From a virus, in the IMG/VR virus record IMGVR_UViG_3300038379_000636, positions 1 to 39,559 of that record: a DNA stretch of 39,559 nucleotides; one strand, 5' to 3'. Positions 1 to 8,400 of this stretch are shown piece after piece; within the stretch, counting starts at the first letter, position 1; each line of letters begins with the position of its first letter. A program made the translations under genes and the position numbers. The notes under the pieces are model-generated. The model was not told the DNA's origin. It saw only the letters and a list, made by a program, of their open reading frames with translations, and did no database searches.

Positions 1-107
1 TTGCCCGCAGGCTTGGCTTTTCCGCGCCGTACCTCTCAGACGTCGAGCTCGGCCGCAGGAACGCAACCGAGGCGATCCTCGGCGCATACGAGTGCCTCCG
101 GCGATGA
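1..107 (+). CDS. Partial 3' duplicate of the XRE-family HTH gene annotated in full at 39297-39539
   Basis: Same sequence and frame as 39433-39539, encoding ...ARRLGFSAPYLSDVELGRRNATEAILGAYECLRR and stopping at 105-107. This is an artefact of linearising a circular sequence. Confidence 0.7.
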   Translation, partial: ARRLGFSAPYLSDVELGRRNATEAILGAYECLRR

Positions 108-127
108 CGCGCGAGCAGCTTCGGCGG
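1..127. repeat. Exact 127-bp terminal direct repeat, copy 1 (copy 2 at 39433-39559). Signature of circular closure or terminal redundancy.
   Basis: Bases 1-127 (ttgcccgcaggcttggc...gagcagcttcggcgg) recur identically at the window end. The 39432 offset is confirmed by the same TGA at 105-107 and 39537-39539. The repeat lies inside coding sequence. Confidence 0.9.
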
Positions 128-478
128 CGTTTGGAGGGCGAAGGGGTTTCGCTCCTCGCCTTCGCGCGCGATCTCGGCCTGCGCATGAGCGACTACGTGA
201 TGCTCTCGCGCTGGCTTCGCGGGCGGCTCGACCCGCGCACGCGCCGGCCGTTCCCGCTCTCGCCGCGGCTCGCGCAGCTCGTGCTGGCACAGATCGACCC
301 CTCCCCCTCGGGCTCCCCCTCCCAAGTCTCGAACGAGAGGAGATGTGTGCAGGAGATCCGAGAGAAGAAGAAGAACAAGAAGAAGAGGGCCATGGAAAAG
401 GACAAAAGTCACTCAACCCTGCGAGTTCGCTCGGGAATCGAGGACAAAACTTCCGACAAAAACGGACACGCTCGATGA
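104..478 (+). CDS. Small DNA-binding-like protein (124 aa) with an HTH-like N-terminus and a Lys-rich tail
   Basis: The ATG at 104 overlaps the upstream TGA (ATGA). The N-terminus MTREQLRRRLEGEGVSLLAFARDLGLRMSDYVMLSRWLRG looks like a helix-turn-helix. Through the A-rich tract at 340-470 this frame keeps G/C-ending codons (AAG, GAG, AAC), whereas the two other frames do not. Confidence 0.6.
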   Translation: MTREQLRRRLEGEGVSLLAFARDLGLRMSDYVMLSRWLRGRLDPRTRRPFPLSPRLAQLVLAQIDPSPSGSPSQVSNERRCVQEIREKKKNKKKRAMEKDKSHSTLRVRSGIEDKTSDKNGHAR

Positions 479-1146
479 CGGACAGAGAGCGCAGCGCGAT
501 CACCCCCTACCCGCTCGCGTGGCCGGCCGGATGGCCGAGGAGTGCCGTGCGCAAGACCTCGCGCTTTGCACGGGGCTCAAGCCGCGTGCACACGGGCTAC
601 GCGAATGGCCAGCCGACCTACAGCTGGCACCGGCGCTCGCTGACGGTGTTCAACGCGACGCAGCACGTGCTGCGCGAGATCGACCGGCTCGGCGCAAAGC
701 GCGTGATCGTAAGCTCGAATCTCCGACTCAATCGGGACGGCACGCCGGCCTCGAAACAGCGCCCGCCCGAGGATCCAGGGGTCGCGGTCTACTTCGACCT
801 CGACGGCGAGCCGCGCGTGCTCGCGTGCGACCGGTTCGACGAGGCGAGCCACAACCTGCACGCCATCGCGCTTCACATCGAAGCGATGCGCGGCATGGAG
901 CGATGGGGCGTCGGCACCGTCGCGCAGGCGTTCGCCGGCTTCGTGGCGCTCCCGGAGCGTGCCGGCGCGAGCGCGCCGCACGTTGAGCTTGGGCTCGAGG
1001 AACCTGCGACCTCAGCCGAGCAGGTCGAGCGCGCGTTCCGCGTCATGGCGAGGCTGCGGCACCCCGACCAAGGCGGGACGCACGAAGCGTTTATCCGGCT
1101 GCAGGCCGCCAGAGATGCCGCGCTCGAGCAGCTTCGAACGAGCTAG
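475..1146 (+). CDS. J-domain (DnaJ-like co-chaperone) protein with an uncharacterised N-terminal domain, 223 aa
   Basis: C-terminal AEQVERAFRVMARLRHPDQGGTHEAFIRLQAARDAALEQL carries the HPD tripeptide at 1060-1068. The ATG at 475 overlaps the upstream stop (ATGA). The N-terminal part (PLAWPAGWPR...PEDPGVAVYFDLDGEPRVLACDRF) is not a canonical DnaJ region. Confidence 0.8.
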   Translation: MTDRERSAITPYPLAWPAGWPRSAVRKTSRFARGSSRVHTGYANGQPTYSWHRRSLTVFNATQHVLREIDRLGAKRVIVSSNLRLNRDGTPASKQRPPEDPGVAVYFDLDGEPRVLACDRFDEASHNLHAIALHIEAMRGMERWGVGTVAQAFAGFVALPERAGASAPHVELGLEEPATSAEQVERAFRVMARLRHPDQGGTHEAFIRLQAARDAALEQLRTS

Positions 1147-1343
1147 CCCTTAGCCGCGATCGCCGCGTCGAGCTCGGCCGTCTGGCCGCGGATCTCCGCA
1201 AGCACGGCCGCAATCGCTCTCTCCTTCTCGGGCCCGTCGGGTAGCGACGTGACCCCGCGCTGCGCGGCAAGGCGCAGCGCGATCGAGACGAGCTGCTCGG
1301 CGGCAGCCGGAGCGACGGTGAGCAGAGCGATGGCGAGGTTCAC
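1143..1343 (-). CDS. Hypothetical small protein (66 aa) with a hydrophobic N-terminus, last gene of the lysis cluster
   Basis: MNLAIALLTVAPAAAEQLV... The start at 1343 overlaps the upstream stop at 1340-1342. Its own stop overlaps the convergent plus-strand stop. Confidence 0.45.
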   Translation of the reverse strand: MNLAIALLTVAPAAAEQLVSIALRLAAQRGVTSLPDGPEKERAIAAVLAEIRGQTAELDAAIAAKG

Positions 1344-1927
1344 GGCTTCACCCCACGCGCTGCCAACCAGCGCAGTAAGTCAGACGAGACGCTGGCGACC
1401 CCCGCAGACGCGCGGGATAGGCCCGCCGCTGCGCCTTTGCAGGCCGGGGTGTCCTCTCCTGCGGAGCACGCCGCGATCGTCGCTTGGCGCGCATTCTCCA
1501 TCGCCTCGACCGCGGCGTCGCCCGGCACGAAGAACGCCTCGCGGATGGCGGTGCACTCCGAAGCGCTCGAGACGGGCGTGCGGCAGTACGCGATCGCCGC
1601 TTCCCGGGCGCCCGCGAGCGTCGTGAGCGCGCTGTAGTAGCGATCGGTCGGGGTCGTCCCGCACGCGAGCGCGGCGAGCGAGACGAGCGCGGCGAGCGAG
1701 ATCAGGCCCGCGCGTCGGTGGGCGAGCAAGTTCTCCACGAGACGGCGGAGAAAGCCGAACGCGGCCGAGCCCACGGCGACGAGCGCGATCGCGACCTCGA
1801 GCGGCGTGTCGGGTACGTAGTGCACGAGGATCGTCACGAGGTAGCCCGTCAAGCCGACGGTGCTCGCGTCTTTGACGGCGCCGCCGACGTAGGAGCTCGG
1901 GTTGCGCGCTGCCGCCACGGTGTTCAC
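1340..1927 (-). CDS. Membrane protein (195 aa), a holin / o-spanin-like composite: two TM helices, then a lipoprotein-like signal and a Cys-rich tail
   Basis: The GTG at 1927 overlaps the upstream TGA (GTGA). TM-like segments are STVGLTGYLVTILVHYV and LEVAIALVAVGSAAFGFL. These are followed by HRRAGLISLAALVSLAALAC|GTT (lipobox-like) and a tail with five further Cys. Confidence 0.55.
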   Translation of the reverse strand: MNTVAAARNPSSYVGGAVKDASTVGLTGYLVTILVHYVPDTPLEVAIALVAVGSAAFGFLRRLVENLLAHRRAGLISLAALVSLAALACGTTPTDRYYSALTTLAGAREAAIAYCRTPVSSASECTAIREAFFVPGDAAVEAMENARQATIAACSAGEDTPACKGAAAGLSRASAGVASVSSDLLRWLAARGVKP

Positions 1928-2349
1928 CCCCTCTGGATGTAGAGCACGTGCTCTCGTTCGCCCGCAAGATGCGCGCGAAGTGCCTGCATGGCAAGGACAC
2001 CCCCCGAGAGGTCGACGTCGTGCTCCGGGCGCGGCGCGTAGTAGTGCTCGCGGCCGACGAGGATGCAGCCGCGTGTGTCCTCGACCGTATCGCCGCCGTG
2101 GAAGAGGATCGCGCTGCGCGCTTTGCCCGCCGCGGGCTGATGGCTCACCGTGGCCCCGACGAGCGCCCACGTGTCCCGATACTTCGGGCCCGAGTGAGGG
2201 ACCAGCTGATACGAGCCTTCGGGCACGCAAGAATCCGGCCCGTTTCCCTTGAACGTGTCCTCGAGCGTCGCGAGCACGAAGCCGTCCTCGAGCTCGAGCA
2301 CTCCGCAGGTTGCGCGGCGCAGGTAGAGGCGGTGAAGCCACAGCTTCAT
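1924..2349 (-). CDS. DUF5675-like protein (141 aa), the candidate cell-wall hydrolase of the lysis cassette
   Basis: MKLWLHRLYLRRATCGVLELEDGFVLATLED...SAILFHGGDTVEDTRGCILVG matches the DUF5675 signature as I recall it (..IH.GN...DT.GCI.vG). It is flanked by membrane-protein genes and has ATGA overlap with the upstream gene. Confidence 0.7.
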   Translation of the reverse strand: MKLWLHRLYLRRATCGVLELEDGFVLATLEDTFKGNGPDSCVPEGSYQLVPHSGPKYRDTWALVGATVSHQPAAGKARSAILFHGGDTVEDTRGCILVGREHYYAPRPEHDVDLSGGVLAMQALRAHLAGEREHVLYIQRG

Positions 2350-2648
2350 CGGCGGTCCACCAGGATCCGCAGCGTCGCGTTCACGTCCGCAAGCGACATT
2401 TCCACCGCGCGAAGCCGGCGCTCGAGCTCGCTGGCGTCTCCGCGGCGCTCGCGACCGTCGCCCTCGCGCGCCGCCTCGAGCGCGCTTTGCCGAGCAGCCA
2501 CCGAGCGGAGCTCGACGCGCATCTCCGCAATCGTGCGGTACGTCCCGAGTGCACCCGCCGCGCCGGCCGTGATCGCCGCGAGCGCGAGCGATCCGATCCA
2601 CCCAACCATTCGGCCACTCAGGGTGATCGCGCCGTCGGTGCGAATCAT
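2346..2648 (-). CDS. Type-II membrane protein with a coiled-coil ectodomain (i-spanin-like or holin-like), 100 aa
   Basis: MIRTDGAITLSGRMVGWIGSLALAAITAGAAGALGTY is a single TM segment. It is followed by the charged helical stretch RTIAEMRVELRSVAARQSALEAAREG...LRAVEMSLADVNATLRIL. Confidence 0.5.
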   Translation of the reverse strand: MIRTDGAITLSGRMVGWIGSLALAAITAGAAGALGTYRTIAEMRVELRSVAARQSALEAAREGDGRERRGDASELERRLRAVEMSLADVNATLRILVDRR

Positions 2649-2700
2649 GGCGACGCCCTCCCGGGAAGTGCACAGACCACGCCAGTCTTCAGGATGAGGC

Positions 2701-4707
2701 TCATAGCGGCGTGCACGTCCCGGACTCAGCCCGAATCTGAGCGGGAAGCTTGCAGAGTGCTCCGCTGAAGTTGTCTCCGAAGGCCCCGATGCCATCGGAG
2801 TCCCACGAGCACGCCTCCTGGCACCACCAGCTCGGCGGCTCGGAGCGCGTTCGGTAAAGGGTGTTGGGGAAGTCGAGGTTCGCGTCCGAGTGAGGCCCGC
2901 TGGTGCCCTCGTTGGTGCCTGGGCAGGAGTCACCGAAGGAGGTGCCACACGAGCGATTGGAGGTGGTGCCAACCGGGTCCACGAAGTCGAACGCCTCGGA
3001 GCCGCCGTGCGTGTAGACGTTGCGCTCTGCCCAGGTGAGGTTGGCTCCAGTCCCGCCGGCACCGTCGCTGTTCAGGCTCTCGCCGTTTCTCTGAGGCGGG
3101 TCACAGCCAAGCGAGTCGGCATAGGGTGCAACCGTGAACACCCAGGAGATGTTGCCGATGATGTTGAGTTCGTCGGCTGCCCAAGGCGCGGGGCCGTCGT
3201 TGCCTTGGTAGTCCATGGTGATGCCGTTGTGGGTGCCGGGGATCGAGCTGCCGCAGTCGGTGCGCCTTGAGCGATTGCGGTAGGCCGTGATGTACTTGCC
3301 GTTGCGGCCCCACCAGAGGTCGGCAAGAAGCAGCTCGTCGTCGCAGTCGTTGCCCTCGAAGAGCGTGGCCCGCGCATAGTGGCCGTGGTTGAAGGCGCAG
3401 CGCTCACCCGTGGTGGCGTCCATGTCCACGAAGTTGTAGGCCCAGACGGTGGCCTCGGCCATCTCGATCTTCGAGCCGATCCGTGGCGCGCTGATCCAGT
3501 TGTTCTCGAACACGTTGTCGGTTGCGCCCTCCTCGAAGCTGAAGCCCTCCGTGTTGAAGGAGATCGAGGAGTCGGTGTTGGTGAGGTAGAGGCCCTGGAA
3601 CCAGCCCTGCGCTGTGTACTTGATCTTCGCCCAAGCCTCGTACACGCGGTCGATGTCCACGTTCACCATCCACACCTCTGCCGTCTCGTTGAAGACGGCA
3701 GCCGCGTAGTAGATGTTGGTGACAGAGTCGCCGCCCACGGCGATTCCAGTGTCCGTCGTGAGGCGAAGGTTCTCGACGCCGAACTTCTCCACCGGCGTCC
3801 AGGGGCGTGCGATGAACGTCACACAGCCTGCGGCGTTGTAGTCAAGGAGAAGCGGTCGGTCGAAGGTGACGTCGTTGCCGCTGATGTTGGTGATGCGGGC
3901 GTAGTGGTTGAAGGCCGGCGGGTCGGATCCACCGTTGAGCAGCTCGTCGATGTGCTCGCAGGCGAGCGCTCCTGCCATCAGGATGTTGATCCAGCCGCCG
4001 ATGGAGAAGCCCGAGACGCTGGAGAGCGTGATGGTGGTGGTGCCGGTGGTGTAGTTGGCGGTCCAGGTGGCGCTTGTTCCGCGCGCGGTTGGGGAGCAGA
4101 CGGAGATGAGCATGGCCCCGCTGTTTGCGTCACAGAGGCCCGAGTTGATGTAGGTGCGCCCGACCGTCGTCCGGCGCAGAGCCGTCCCGGTGCGAGACGC
4201 ACCCCGGATCACAAGCCTCCCGTTGCTGGTGGCGACGCCCGAGGACATCGCGTAGTTCCCGTCCGGCAGGTACAGCACGACATCGTCCGGGGCGGCATCG
4301 ACAAAGCAGTCGAGGTGTAAGCCGCTGGACGTGCTCACCAGCGTTGCGCAGGTGCCTGAGCCAACGATGGTGCGGATCGTCTCTTTCCCGCTGGAGCACG
4401 GGTTGGCCCCGCACGTCACGTCGTACTCAGGCCACGACTGCGCTGCCTCGTAAGTGCTTTCGGCGATAGCGGCGTGCTGCCAGATGGTGACGCGGCTGGA
4501 GGCCACATTGAGATCGCACAGCCCCGTTGGGCACTCTGGGGCAAACGCTCCGCCGCCTCCGCCCCCACCCCCGCTTCCTCCGCTCCCGACCAGCACGGGC
4601 GCGAATGGAATCGGAACAACGGTGGACTGCGGCGCTGGCACCACTGCCACCTGCGCAAGGGCCAAAGTGGCGAGCAGCAGCAGAATCAAGGTTGCTGCTA
4701 CTCGCAT
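2701..4707 (-). CDS. Exported Cys-rich beta-helix-like protein (putative polysaccharide depolymerase / tailspike-like), 668 aa
   Basis: Signal peptide MRVAATLILLLLATLALA|QV, then a poly-Gly linker (4549-4587). Beta-helix-like repeats are present (NVFENNWISAPRIGSKIE, SSISFNTEGFSFEEG). Many paired Cys occur (PECPTGLC, RSCGTSFGDSCPG, WWCQEACSW). RBS GAAGGAAG lies upstream. Confidence 0.75.
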   Translation of the reverse strand: MRVAATLILLLLATLALAQVAVVPAPQSTVVPIPFAPVLVGSGGSGGGGGGGGAFAPECPTGLCDLNVASSRVTIWQHAAIAESTYEAAQSWPEYDVTCGANPCSSGKETIRTIVGSGTCATLVSTSSGLHLDCFVDAAPDDVVLYLPDGNYAMSSGVATSNGRLVIRGASRTGTALRRTTVGRTYINSGLCDANSGAMLISVCSPTARGTSATWTANYTTGTTTITLSSVSGFSIGGWINILMAGALACEHIDELLNGGSDPPAFNHYARITNISGNDVTFDRPLLLDYNAAGCVTFIARPWTPVEKFGVENLRLTTDTGIAVGGDSVTNIYYAAAVFNETAEVWMVNVDIDRVYEAWAKIKYTAQGWFQGLYLTNTDSSISFNTEGFSFEEGATDNVFENNWISAPRIGSKIEMAEATVWAYNFVDMDATTGERCAFNHGHYARATLFEGNDCDDELLLADLWWGRNGKYITAYRNRSRRTDCGSSIPGTHNGITMDYQGNDGPAPWAADELNIIGNISWVFTVAPYADSLGCDPPQRNGESLNSDGAGGTGANLTWAERNVYTHGGSEAFDFVDPVGTTSNRSCGTSFGDSCPGTNEGTSGPHSDANLDFPNTLYRTRSEPPSWWCQEACSWDSDGIGAFGDNFSGALCKLPAQIRAESGTCTPL

Positions 4708-4764
4708 GGGACTTCCTTCGGCTGCGAGGTCGTTAGCCGCCCGTCCTGGTAGAGGAACTTGCGC

Positions 4765-5172
4765 TCAAGGAAGCAGCGTCGGGGCGACTGGGGTTGGGAC
4801 GACGGGAAAGGTCAGGGACGCGAACGTCGAGGCCCCCCTGCGCCCTTGGGCGTCCTCGCACGCGAAGTCGATGGTGCGCACGTCGCTTCCCGGCAGAGCG
4901 CGCGGAGCGCTGGCCGTGGCAAGGGTGACGGTGCCGCCCGGCGTGCCCGCGTTGACGCTGAGCAGCGGCGCGCCCGAGGTCTCGCGCAGCACGAGACGCA
5001 CGCCAGGCGCGGACGTGATGTTGTCGCCCGGACACACCTGCACGCTGAGAGCCGTCGTGGCCCAGTTGCGCGAGCAGGCGGGGGCAGTGGCCGTTCCGCC
5101 TTGGCAGGGCGACTGGGCGGAGGCGGCACGGGCGAGAAGGACGAGAACGAGCAACGTGAGAATCGGTTTCAC
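4765..5172 (-). CDS. Small exported protein, 135 aa
   Basis: GTG start with GTGA overlap onto the upstream stop. Signal peptide (M)KPILTLLVLVLLARAASA|QS. The mature part has 4 Cys and is beta-rich. Confidence 0.55.
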   Translation of the reverse strand: MKPILTLLVLVLLARAASAQSPCQGGTATAPACSRNWATTALSVQVCPGDNITSAPGVRLVLRETSGAPLLSVNAGTPGGTVTLATASAPRALPGSDVRTIDFACEDAQGRRGASTFASLTFPVVPTPVAPTLLP

Positions 5173-5444
5173 GATGCGACTCCCGTGGCAGGTTGATTTT
5201 CTTGCGGTCGAGGCTTCGGCACGGGTGAGCGTGGAACCGGACTCGCCACGATGGCGTCTGGATTCCATGCCTCGAATCGCTCGGGATCGCATCGCGGAAC
5301 CACGAGCACGCGATGCGGCCCGCACACGATTGCGCACTCGGCGCGGCGCTCGTCGTGTCGCAGCAGACAAGCACCGAGGTTATCTCCCTGACTTCTGTCA
5401 CAGGAGATCGCGAGCAGCGTCGCCGCGAAAATGAACCACCTCAC
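5169..5444 (-). CDS. Putative lipoprotein, 91 aa
   Basis: GTG start with GTGA overlap onto the upstream stop. (M)RWFIFAATLLAIS|CDRS is lipobox-like. There are six Cys in the mature part and a Pro-rich C-terminus. Confidence 0.55.
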   Translation of the reverse strand: MRWFIFAATLLAISCDRSQGDNLGACLLRHDERRAECAIVCGPHRVLVVPRCDPERFEAWNPDAIVASPVPRSPVPKPRPQENQPATGVAS

Positions 5445-8400
5445 GGGTTAGCACCTCCGTTCGGGTTCTCCGTCGAAGTGAGCGGAGGGATCAACTCGAT
5501 GTATCCGCTGAGCTTGAACACGTTGTTCGCGCCGGCCGTGTCAGTTACTCCGTCGATGGCTACGCCGATCATCGACTGACACTCATCCGCCAAAACCGCT
5601 GTGTTCCCGCATGACGTTCCGTCGCCGGTGAATGCGTTGCCGAGCGGCCCAACAATCCCGAGGCGCGTCAAACTTGTCGAGACTGGGCGGCCGATGTCAT
5701 AGGCACCGAGTACAAGCGGGCCAAACACGAACTGACTCTGTGTCCACGTTGTACACTGCCCGTTCCCGTCCTCGGCGGAGCAGTACCACTCGCGTACGCG
5801 AAGGTTGATCGAGTCTTCCGGTGAAGTGCTCCAGTTGGTGTTATCCGTACGGACGAACGTCGCGCGCTTGAGGAGCATGCGCTTTCGCAGCGGCCAGGTG
5901 TTTTGTCCGCCGTTCGTGCCGATGTTCGCCGCACTACACGAAAGGGCTGCGGTCGCCGTAGCCGGAGGCCCGCCCGCGAATAAGCAGTCGCCGTTCGTCC
6001 CGGTCGTCGGGGCCGTGCTTTGATTCATACCAAAGTGCAGGCGCACCTTGTTTTCGGATTCGATGCCACCGCAGTTCGGATACTTGACTCCCGCAGAGGT
6101 TCCGCCACCTAGCTGTGAGCCATCAAGAATGATAGTGGCGCTGCTGTTCACCAGGCTTTCGGCACAGCGGAAGTAAAACTTGCCGGTCAGGTTATAGACC
6201 CCGGCGTCGTCAACCGCATCCGAGGACGCCGAGGTCGCACCGCCATCCTCCGAGGAACCGATAAAGCTATTGATGCTGACCGCATCACCGCCGCGACTGA
6301 AACCAACCGCGAGGTGAATGGCGTCCCAAATCTCGTGTCCGCGATCGTTGCCGAGGCTTCCGCCGATGAATGTGGCGGACGTGATTGCGGTCGTAGCCGG
6401 TGGCGTGCATGTCAGCGACAACGGCACCTCGCCAGGACGGCCAATTGTCTGAGCGGGTGAGTCGACCGGGTTGTTATTTCCGGGCGTCCCGCAGACACCG
6501 AAAAAGTCCGCGGCACCCGCGCGCCCGGTGCCGATGCTGACGAGATCGAAGAACATCTCGTTCGTTTGAGGGGTTGCCAGGATCCACGCCACGCCCTCCG
6601 TCCAGACGTGATCGAACTGGTACTGATTCATGCGGTGGGCAACGATGTTCCCGTAACCGTTGCCCTCAATCACCGTATCTTTGAACGCTCCGTGAGCAGC
6701 CGGCGCGTTCTGCGCAAGAGCGGTGCAAGTCCCACTCACGCAGCTCGTGTAAAACGGGAGGTCGAACGTCGCCTGATCGGCTAGCACAAGACCCATCGCG
6801 TTGGCTGAGATGTAGCCGGCCTGGAATGATCCGACGAAGTTGCCGTACTGGTGGAAAGCGATTCCCTGATTCTTGATCCGCCAGCCGTGATAGTCATTGC
6901 CCCAAGCGTAGTCGTGCTCGACACCTTTGTTGTCGTTGTCGTCGTTGTTCCCCTCGATGGTCACGCGAAAGTCCACGTGATTCGAGCGCGTCATGTTGTC
7001 GTTCCACCAGCCGACAACCGTGTAGGGCGAGTCGAAGATCGTGGCGCTGTTCAATTGATTCACGCGCTGGCGCGGCCACTCGATCGAGTAAACCGTCGTC
7101 GCATCCGGCGCGGCGTCCAGCTCGACAACCCACTCGTCGCCGGCAGCGGGTGTGCAGCCGAGCGCACTTGACCAAGTGAGCGTGCGCTCGGTGTTGGACG
7201 CGATCTGCCGAGTGGACGCTGCGGCGCAACCGCTGATCCACCGCACTCGGTAGGTCGTCGCGAGTTCGTTCGTGTGCCAAGACTTGTCGTCGTCGGTCAC
7301 GCTCGTCGTCGTTGCGGAGTCGCCCGTAGCGTCGATGATGCCGCGACTCATGCAGGCGATGGTGAGGGTGTCGGCGTCGTTCGCCGTGATCGCCACCGTC
7401 CCGCCGCTGCCGGTGCCACCCGTCGCGCGATACCGCCAGCCCTGCCACTGATTCGTTGTCCACCCAGCGCCAGAATCCTCGACGGTTCCGCAGTCTGGCA
7501 GAGTGCCGGCTCCCGTCGTTCCGCCCGCGGAGGCCGTCAGGCTGGTCAGCCCGTAGACCCCACTCCCCGTGTTCACCGTCAGTTCGCCGAAGAAGCGCAC
7601 GCGCTCGTTCAGTTGCCCGAAGTTTTGTCCGGCGAAGAAGCGGTTGCCGAACTTCGCGAAGAGCCAAGGCTCGGTTTGCCCGGTCATACTCAACGGAACG
7701 TACGAGCCTTGGTGGAAGACGTAGGTGATGTTGTGGCCGCTGGTCCAATTTGTATCGGCGTCAGCGCCCAGCGGATTAATGTGTGTGTTGGAAGCTGGAC
7801 TCACCGCGGATGAGTAAGGGAAGATACCCCAGCAGATGCGCCCCGGTCCGAAGTCGTAGCCGTCCGTGAAGAGGACGTTGGGCGAGCGCCCGCCAATGTG
7901 CGCGACGATGTCGGCATCCGCCGGAGACGCCCCGGTCGAGTCGAGCACCGGACGAGTGAGTAGGTCGCAGCGGTCGTTGTAGAGCGTGAGAGTCTGCGTG
8001 TTCGCGTTGTAAAGGATGCCGGTCTCAAGGTCGCCCACATAATCGACGGCTGACTCGGCGTAGTTCAGAGTGCCGGACGGCCTGCGCGAGCTTGCGTACC
8101 CGCCGCATCGCACCTCTACGGTGCCGCCGCTGGCCGCCGTCCCCACGTTGAAGCGCAGGAACTTGGGCCCGAGCGGCCCCACCTCCGAGCCGGTGCGCCC
8201 CGTCCCCGTGACGGTGACGATCTGCGTGCCGCTGGAGGTGGCGGTGGTGGCGGTGTCTACGAGGTAGCCCGTGAGCGAGGGGCTGCCGCCCGCGGAGACG
8301 GCGCTGAAGGAGAGGTAGGCACAAGAGCGGACGTCGGTGGCGTCTTGATCGCCGGCGTCGGTCGAGGTCCACGCGAACGTGATGTATTCCCCAGCGCGAG

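Noticed and set aside
1-474. N-terminal 158 codons of the 1-1146 ORF (a 381-aa product)
   Set aside because: The region is occupied in other frames by the end of the XRE gene and by the 104-478 gene. Its translation is Ala/Arg/Pro-rich, and third-position composition favours the other frames. The J-protein most plausibly starts at the coupled ATG at 475.
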